From: an uncultured delta proteobacterium
GTDB taxonomy: Bacteria > Desulfobacterota > Desulfomonilia > UBA1062
Length of the DNA: 64,000 nt
Assembly (NCBI GenBank): GCA_963785235.1
Contig: CAWAUM010000007.1
Span: forward strand, 192,001-256,000
Direction of reading: 5' to 3'
Positions 58,071 through 64,000 of this stretch are shown piece by piece. The notes beneath the pieces are model-generated. The model had not been told where the DNA came from. It did not search any database and saw only the letters and a list, made by a program, of their open reading frames with translations. Both the position numbers and the translations under genes were made by a program. The stretch's first letter is position 1. Each line of letters starts with the position of its first letter.

Positions 58071-59410
58071 GTGGAAATGGTGCAGGCTTTACCGCAAAGC
58101 TCGCCTCGTTCATCTCTCATACGGACGCTGATAAAATCCCGCAGTGGGCGTATGAGCATGCCAAGGTGGCATTCATGGACTGGCTTGCCGTTACCTTTGC
58201 CGGCAAGGACGACCCGTTGGTGGCAAAGCTCATGGACTATACCGACATGATGGGGGGCAATGAGCAGGCCACCATTATCGGCTATCACCGGAAAAAGGAC
58301 GTGAGCAGCGCAGCCCTCATCAACGGAAGCGCCTCTCATGCCCTGGATTACGATGACACGCTGGTCTCCTTCCTGGGGCACCCTTCCGTGACCATCTTCC
58401 CGGCCCTGCTGGCCCTTTCCGAGTGGAGGGGCAAATCCGGCCGTGAATTCCTCACCGCCTACCTCATCGGCCTGCAGGCCGGAGGCACCGTGGGTGCCTG
58501 CGCAAGCCTCGACCATTACATGGCAGGATGGCACGCCACCTCGACTTTGGGGCACCTTGCTTCTGCAGCAGCGTGCTCGCGCCTGCTTGGCCTGTCCGAG
58601 AAACAGACCGTCTATGCCCTGGGCATCGGCGGCACCCAGGCCTCAGGGCTCAAGCGCGTGTTCGGGACCATGTGCAAGCCATTCCATGCAGGCCGGGCTT
58701 CCCAGTCAGGCCTCATGGCGGCCCTTCTGGCAGAGCAGGGGTTTACGAGCGCCGAGGACATCCTGGAAGGCCCCCAGGGTTTCTTCGAGGCCCTGAAGGG
58801 CAAGGTGAACGAAGATATCGTCGCTATGCTGGGTCTGGGATGGGACGTTCAGAACCTTTCGCAGAAATACCATGCGTCCTGCCATGCCACCCATTCACCT
58901 CTTGAGGCGGCCCTGACTGTGATCAAATCCGAAAACATCACGCTCGATAATATCAAGACCATCACAGTCCATGCCTCCACCCTATCCCTGCAGGCGGCAG
59001 GCAAGACCGAGCCGGCCACCGGTCTGGAGGGAAAATTCAGCATTTCCTACTGTGTGGCCAATGCCCTGCTGCGAGGCGTGACAGGCATGCAGGCCTTCAC
59101 GGACGAGAAGGTGAATGACCCAGCGGTAAGGGAGATTATGAAGAAGATCAAGGTGATCAACGACCCTGAGATAAAGGCACTGGAATCCCTTGTGGAGGTG
59201 GAGACTGGGGACGGTAAAAGGTTCAGTTCCTTTTCAGACATCCTCCAGCAGATCCCGCCCCTGGAGGTCAAGAAGGAGCGCGTGGCCAGCAAGTTCCTCG
59301 ATCTGTGCGGGCCTGTGCTGGGGAAGAGGAAATCCCTTGCGCTGAAGAAAAGGATCGAGGCCATGGATACGCTTCAGGACATGGGAGATATGGCGGAGAG
59401 TCTCTTATGA
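58067..59410 (+). CDS. MmgE/PrpD family protein
   Basis: [39 protein letters not shown]. Confidence 0.92.
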   Translation: MSGNGAGFTAKLASFISHTDADKIPQWAYEHAKVAFMDWLAVTFAGKDDPLVAKLMDYTDMMGGNEQATIIGYHRKKDVSSAALINGSASHALDYDDTLVSFLGHPSVTIFPALLALSEWRGKSGREFLTAYLIGLQAGGTVGACASLDHYMAGWHATSTLGHLASAAACSRLLGLSEKQTVYALGIGGTQASGLKRVFGTMCKPFHAGRASQSGLMAALLAEQGFTSAEDILEGPQGFFEALKGKVNEDIVAMLGLGWDVQNLSQKYHASCHATHSPLEAALTVIKSENITLDNIKTITVHASTLSLQAAGKTEPATGLEGKFSISYCVANALLRGVTGMQAFTDEKVNDPAVREIMKKIKVINDPEIKALESLVEVETGDGKRFSSFSDILQQIPPLEVKKERVASKFLDLCGPVLGKRKSLALKKRIEAMDTLQDMGDMAESLL

Positions 59411-59478
59411 TCATTTGTGCAAGGCAAGATACTGAAGCTTCATTACCATCATTCACTCGGACACAGGGGGAGCAAGGA

Positions 59479-60518
59479 ATGGAAGAGCGTGTGCTGATCA
59501 CCGATATTGCCAGGTTCGCCGTGAATGACGGTCCGGGAATTAGGACAAACGTTTTCATGAAAGGCTGTCCTCTTAAGTGTGCCTGGTGCCACAATCCCGA
59601 AACCATTGCAGCAAAGCCCCGAATTATACTGGAAGAGCAGGCTCTGTGTCGCAGTGCGGGGCATGTCTTGAGGTCTGCCCGAAGGATGCCATCATGCCTC
59701 CCATAGCACCCGAGCGCTCAAGCAGCGAAGGCTCAACCTATCACAAGATAAACCGCACGAGGTGCGATGGTTGCATGAAGTGCGTGGATGTCTGCAGGTA
59801 TGAGGCCCTGCAGGTGACGGGTAAAGCCATGGGCATATCCGAGATCCTTGACGAGGTGGAGCGGGACAGGCCATTCTACAACAATCGGGCAGGAGGCATG
59901 ACCGTAAGCGGCGGCGAGCCCACGGCGCATTCTGCATTCACTCTGGAGCTGCTCAAGGGGGCAAGGGCGCGTTCGATCCACACCTGCCTTGACACCAATG
60001 GATACTGCGACTTCAGTGTCTTAAAGGAGATTGCGGAATATACGGATATCGTCCTTTTTGACCTGAAGCACCTTGACCCTGGAAGGCACCTCGAAAAGAC
60101 CGGGGTCAATAACAGCCTCATCCTGAAAAACCTTGAACTGCTCTGCGGAACCGGCTCTGAGATCTGGATACGCATTCCCGTGGTTCCGGGGTTCAATGAC
60201 ACCATAGAGTTCCATCGGGAGGCATCCGTTTTTCTCGCCTCCCTTGACGGACATGTGACACGCATCGATCTCCTGCCGTTCCACAACTGGTGCCAGGATA
60301 AGTATTCCTGGCTCGGTATCGACTGGTCATATCGCGAAACAGAAGCCCTGGATCCCTCGTTCCTGGAGATCCATGCGGACGTCTATCGCCAATATGGCCT
60401 TGTGACAACAGTGGGCGGGTCAGGGTTTGAAGACACAGGCACGGCAGCCAAGCCCGGGGAGTACTCGGAGACTTCGAGCCGTAAAGGCAATATCATAAGC
60501 CAGATGGAAAAGGTGTGA
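59479..60518 (+). CDS. assD: Alkylsuccinate synthase activating enzyme (frameshifted near 59620-59650)
   Basis: [36 protein letters not shown], ferredoxin insert, SGGEP, DTNG, RIPVVPG, LLPFH.WC..KY.WLG; immediately upstream of the ass structural genes. Confidence 0.85.
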
Positions 60519-60574
60519 TGAGTTTAAACATGAAGCCAAAATTAAAAAATGAGCAGTGAAAGGGGGTGATATTG

Positions 60575-60739
60575 ATGACGTTATGCAAGGAGTGCAAGAA
60601 ATTTTTTCCCGTACAGGGAGACCCGAAAAAGGGGGATTGCGTTTCAAGAGAGGTTGATCCGAGGCAGGCCTACTACAAGGCGAAGCCCGTAGTTGCGGAT
60701 AAGGATGCGAGTTCGTGCTCTTCGTTTGAGAAGAGATGA
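60575..60739 (+). CDS. assC: Alkylsuccinate synthase gamma subunit (AssC/MasC-like), 54 aa, below the ORF-track cutoff
   Basis: Manual translation MTLCKECKKFFPVQGDPKKGDCVSREVDPRQAYYKAKPVVADKDASSCSSFEKR; CxxC...GDCV...C pattern of BssC/MasC; GGGGGT RBS. Confidence 0.9.
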   Translation: MTLCKECKKFFPVQGDPKKGDCVSREVDPRQAYYKAKPVVADKDASSCSSFEKR

Positions 60740-60812
60740 AAACAGATCAGGGACTGACCAAAAAAGATGGAAGTCAGCTGAGAAGTCAAACGGTAACAAG
60801 GGAGGAAATATT

Positions 60813-63320
60813 ATGGCAGAGCCGGCAGCGAACATGAGTATAAAGGAACTGGAAAAAAATCAGAAATGGTGGTGGGCCGCAGAGAAGAAGCGATCGAAGA
60901 GGTTGGATTACCTCAGAAAGGCCATATGGAAAAAAGGGGCGATCGGGGGGATTTATCCCATCGGATTGAATATCGATCTGGAGCAGGCCAGACTGCATAC
61001 CGAAAAGGCGCGCGAACTGGAGTTTGCACCTGACCCGTATGTCGTAAAATTTGCCAAGATGTTCGCTCATTACCTGGATAACAAGACGATCTTCATCACC
61101 GATAAGGCCCAGCTCGTGGGCTACGTGGGCAGCCTGCCCAATACGATCTCCTGGAATCCAAGCTTAGCCTCGATCCTGAATTACGAGGTTATCAATGATT
61201 CTTCGGCCATCCCCGAGCCTATGGATGCGAGTCTGAAGATAATCAATGAGGTGGCCGCTTACTGGTCCGGAAAATCTGATCTGGACAAGATCCTGCCCCA
61301 CATGGATCTGGACGACATGACAAAGGTCCTCTCCGGTGCAATCGGGTGGGGTGTCCCGCTCTCCAGAGGTGGTTATTCCGGCAAGGATTACGAGTACATC
61401 ATGACCGGCCGGCGGGCCTTTTTAGACATCATCGCCGAACTCGACCGCCAGATCGACGAGGCGGACGCCAAGGTCCATACACAAGGCGCCACCACGGAAA
61501 TGAGCGATCTGTATGACAAGATGAACATGTGGGAGGCCATGAAGATAACCCTCGAGGCCGGTATCCGTCATGCTGGGCGCTATGCTCGTCTGGCCAGGAT
61601 TATCGCGGAAAATTACGAGACCGACAATGACCGCAAGGAAGAGCTCTTACAGATCGCCGAGGCCTGCGAACAGGTGCCTGCCAGGCCGCCTAGAACACTG
61701 CAGGAGTCGCTCCAGTATGACCTCTTCATCCAGCTCTTCAGCCGGACCGAGGCCATCGAGGGCGCCTGGCCGTCCCGGCCGGACTACTATCACGGGCCGT
61801 ATTACGACAAGGACGTCAACATCGACAAGCGCCTCACCAAGGAGCAGGCCATGGATCTGGTCGGTGAGTTCCTGATCCGGGCCGCCGAGGTCTCTCAGTA
61901 CAAGCCCAAATGTGCCCGGGAAGGGCTTCAGGGAATAGAAGGGACCTGGGTCTGGACTTTGGGCGGGGTAAACAAGGACGGGAGCGACGCCTGCAACGAC
62001 ATGACGATCGCGCTCTTACAGGCCGCCCGTCTGGTCAGGGTCGCCAATCCGACCTTCAGCTTCCGCTGGCACCCCAAGGTCAAGGACGAGGTTCTGCGCG
62101 AATGCTTTGAGTGCATCCGCCATGGGCTGGGTTATCCCTCCATGCGCAATGATCCGATTCTGATCGCCAATTCCATGAACTGGCACGGACATCCTATCGA
62201 AGAGGCCCGCACCTGGGTGCACCAGGCCTGCATGTCTCCCAGCCCGACCACCAAGCATGGATTTCAGCCCATGCGCATGGCCAACGCCACAGCCAACTGC
62301 GCCAAGATCATCGAGTATGTCATGACCAGTGGCTTTGACCCGGTCATAAACATGCAGATTGGGGCCGAAACGCCCGATGCTGCCACCTTCACCGATTTCG
62401 AGCAGGTGTACGAAGCATGGATCAGCCAGATGAAAACCATCTTCAGTATCCTGGTCCGTCCGGTGAACCGGGCCAGAATCCTGGCCTCCAAGTGGACCCC
62501 GCGACCGTACCTTTCGGCCATCTCCGAACGCTCGGTCGAAAGCGGCCTGGAAGTTATGGATCCTTCGATCAGCCGCGGGAATTCCTGGATAACGGCCTTT
62601 ACCTGGGTTGAAAACATCGACAGCCTGGCAGCGATAAAAAAACTGGTCTTCGATGACAAGAAATATACCATGGCCGAGCTCAAGCAGGCCATCGCCGACA
62701 ACTGGGAAGGCCATGAGGAGATGCGGCTGGATTTCGTCCGCAATGCACCCAAGTGGGGCAATGACGATGACTATGTCGACAACATCATGCTCAGGTGCCT
62801 GCGGGATGTGGCCAAGTTCGGACGCGTACTCAAGGACCCAATGGGCAACAACTGGCCGATTCTACCCGAAAATGTCAGCGGTAATATTCACTATGCCAAT
62901 ATCGTGGGGGCCTTGCCCAACGGGCGCCGGCTGGGAGACGCCCTGTATGACGGCGGCATCTCGCCCGGGCCGGGGCTCGATAAAAAGGGGCCGACCGCGG
63001 TGCTGAATTCGTGTGCCAAGATCGACCATATCTCCGACGGACGGGCCTTCCTCTTGAACCAGAGACTGTCCCCCACCCAGCTCGCCGGGGAAAAAGGATA
63101 CCAGCTCTGGAAATCGTACATGAACACCTGGTACGCACTCGGCATGGATCATATCCAGTTCAACTGCGTGTCGGACGAGACCCTCAGGAGCGCCCAGAGA
63201 GACCCGGAGAAGTACACGGAAGTCATCGTGCGGGTTGCGGGCTACAGCGCCCACTTCGTGGATATCAGCCGCAAGACGCAGGACAACATCATCCAGCGTA
63301 CGGTGCAGGGACTGGGTTAA
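60813..63320 (+). CDS. assA: Alkylsuccinate synthase ((1-methylalkyl)succinate synthase) alpha subunit, 835 aa
   Basis: WWWAAEKKRSKRLDYLRKA N terminus, REGLQGI.GT.VWTLGG, FECIRHGLGYP, HQACMSP with Arg 15 residues after the Cys, YDGGISPGPG, RVAGYSAHF; GGAGG RBS. Confidence 0.93.
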   Translation: MAEPAANMSIKELEKNQKWWWAAEKKRSKRLDYLRKAIWKKGAIGGIYPIGLNIDLEQARLHTEKARELEFAPDPYVVKFAKMFAHYLDNKTIFITDKAQLVGYVGSLPNTISWNPSLASILNYEVINDSSAIPEPMDASLKIINEVAAYWSGKSDLDKILPHMDLDDMTKVLSGAIGWGVPLSRGGYSGKDYEYIMTGRRAFLDIIAELDRQIDEADAKVHTQGATTEMSDLYDKMNMWEAMKITLEAGIRHAGRYARLARIIAENYETDNDRKEELLQIAEACEQVPARPPRTLQESLQYDLFIQLFSRTEAIEGAWPSRPDYYHGPYYDKDVNIDKRLTKEQAMDLVGEFLIRAAEVSQYKPKCAREGLQGIEGTWVWTLGGVNKDGSDACNDMTIALLQAARLVRVANPTFSFRWHPKVKDEVLRECFECIRHGLGYPSMRNDPILIANSMNWHGHPIEEARTWVHQACMSPSPTTKHGFQPMRMANATANCAKIIEYVMTSGFDPVINMQIGAETPDAATFTDFEQVYEAWISQMKTIFSILVRPVNRARILASKWTPRPYLSAISERSVESGLEVMDPSISRGNSWITAFTWVENIDSLAAIKKLVFDDKKYTMAELKQAIADNWEGHEEMRLDFVRNAPKWGNDDDYVDNIMLRCLRDVAKFGRVLKDPMGNNWPILPENVSGNIHYANIVGALPNGRRLGDALYDGGISPGPGLDKKGPTAVLNSCAKIDHISDGRAFLLNQRLSPTQLAGEKGYQLWKSYMNTWYALGMDHIQFNCVSDETLRSAQRDPEKYTEVIVRVAGYSAHFVDISRKTQDNIIQRTVQGLG

Positions 63321-63334
63321 CTCTGGAGGGTTAG

Positions 63335-63359
63335 GGGGGTTGCCGCCCGGGCGACCCCC
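63335..63359 (+). terminator. GC-rich hairpin between assA and assB
   Basis: GGGGGTTGCC-GCCCG-GGCGACCCCC followed by TTT. Confidence 0.45.
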
Positions 63360-63389
63360 TTTGAGCAATGAGGCAAAGGAGATGTGAAA

Positions 63390-63758
63390 ATGGCAAGAAG
63401 AAATCGGGATGAATATGCAAAGGCCTCGGGGGTATTCGGCCGGACGGCGGCTGATCTGGAAAAGCAGTCGAATGCCGAAACAATCCCTGAAAAGACCTGC
63501 GGCGTATGCAAGCATTATCTGGAGAGCTCCTGGTCGAGCGATGGAAGGGGCAGTTGCAAGCAACTGAAAGAGGGGTCCGATATCACCAGTGATCCCCCCG
63601 TCTTCAATCTGGAGGGGAAAAACGGGTACCTGCTGAGAATCCTTACCGATGCCGCCAGGTGCACGTATTTCGAAAAGAGTGAATTCATCGATCATGACGG
63701 CCAGGAATGCAGTGACCCCATATACCGTCGCTCGATGAGGCAGCTCATGGACAAGTAA
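63390..63758 (+). CDS. assB: Alkylsuccinate synthase beta-type subunit (AssB/MasB-like)
   Basis: 122 aa with CGVC...SDGRGSC...C...C.DP.YRRS; position directly after assA. Confidence 0.8.
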   Translation: MARRNRDEYAKASGVFGRTAADLEKQSNAETIPEKTCGVCKHYLESSWSSDGRGSCKQLKEGSDITSDPPVFNLEGKNGYLLRILTDAARCTYFEKSEFIDHDGQECSDPIYRRSMRQLMDK

Positions 63759-63794
63759 GGATAATTCAAACCACAACCAAAGGAGGAAGAGAAC

Positions 63795-64000
63795 ATGAAG
63801 TGTATAGAGTGTAATTACGAGGCCCCGGTTGATAAATTCCGTTACCTCTACAACGCCCGGATCGATTCATCGCTTACGCTGCGGCAGTGTCCCAACTGCC
63901 AGGCCTGGCTGGCCGTGGATGAACTGACCAGTTCGGTCAAGCAGAAGGTCGGCCCGGGCGAGGCTCCCTGGGGCAAGTCGGCCGGTATCGAGGGTCTGGC
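63795..64000 (+). CDS. masE: MasE-like small rubredoxin-type subunit (truncated by the window end)
   Basis: Manual translation MKCIECNYEAPVDKFRYLYNARIDSSLTLRQCPNCQAWLAVDEL...PWGKSAGIEGL; two CxxC motifs; AGGAGG RBS. Confidence 0.85.
   Translation, partial: MKCIECNYEAPVDKFRYLYNARIDSSLTLRQCPNCQAWLAVDELTSSVKQKVGPGEAPWGKSAGIEGL

Noticed and set aside
60693-60812. 40-aa N-terminal extension of AssA in the ORF track
   Set aside because: It overlaps assC; a strong GGAGG RBS precedes ATG 60813.
35224-63776. Long antisense ORFs (e.g. 35224-36129, 46895-48031, 53593-54468, 55641-56492, 62862-63776)
   Set aside because: Shadows of well-supported genes on the opposite strand, expected from codon bias.

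Overview
64 kb from an anaerobic, probably Desulfobacterota/Syntrophales-like bacterium (inferred from gene content). The consensus has many single-base indels that split genes. From left to right: (1) a sigma54-driven selenocysteine formate dehydrogenase flanked by sulfhydrogenase/Asr-type gamma and beta subunits; (2) a large nitrogen-assimilation and glutamine-amidotransferase block: split glutamate synthase plus FAD oxidoreductase, asnB, glnD, PII, amtB, a GAF-sigma54 activator, two barrel-less PEP-synthase/dikinase-like proteins with sensory N-termini, glnA, carA, a double-length GlmS-like gene, carB and pyrG; (3) about 27 kb of radical/hydrocarbon chemistry with three different glycyl-radical enzymes (GREs), each with its own activase. 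These are an SCP2-like-domain-fused GRE in a TetR/lipid operon, an orphan GRE with fumarate-adding-enzyme-like motifs, and an alkylsuccinate synthase operon (assD-assC-assA-assB-masE) preceded by a B12 acyl-CoA mutase, MeaB and MmgE/PrpD. Best candidates for undescribed biology: the orphan GRE, whose sigma54 promoter and upstream sites are near-copies of those of the mutase-ass operon; the SCP2-GRE operon; and the dikinase-like pair embedded in the nitrogen regulon.
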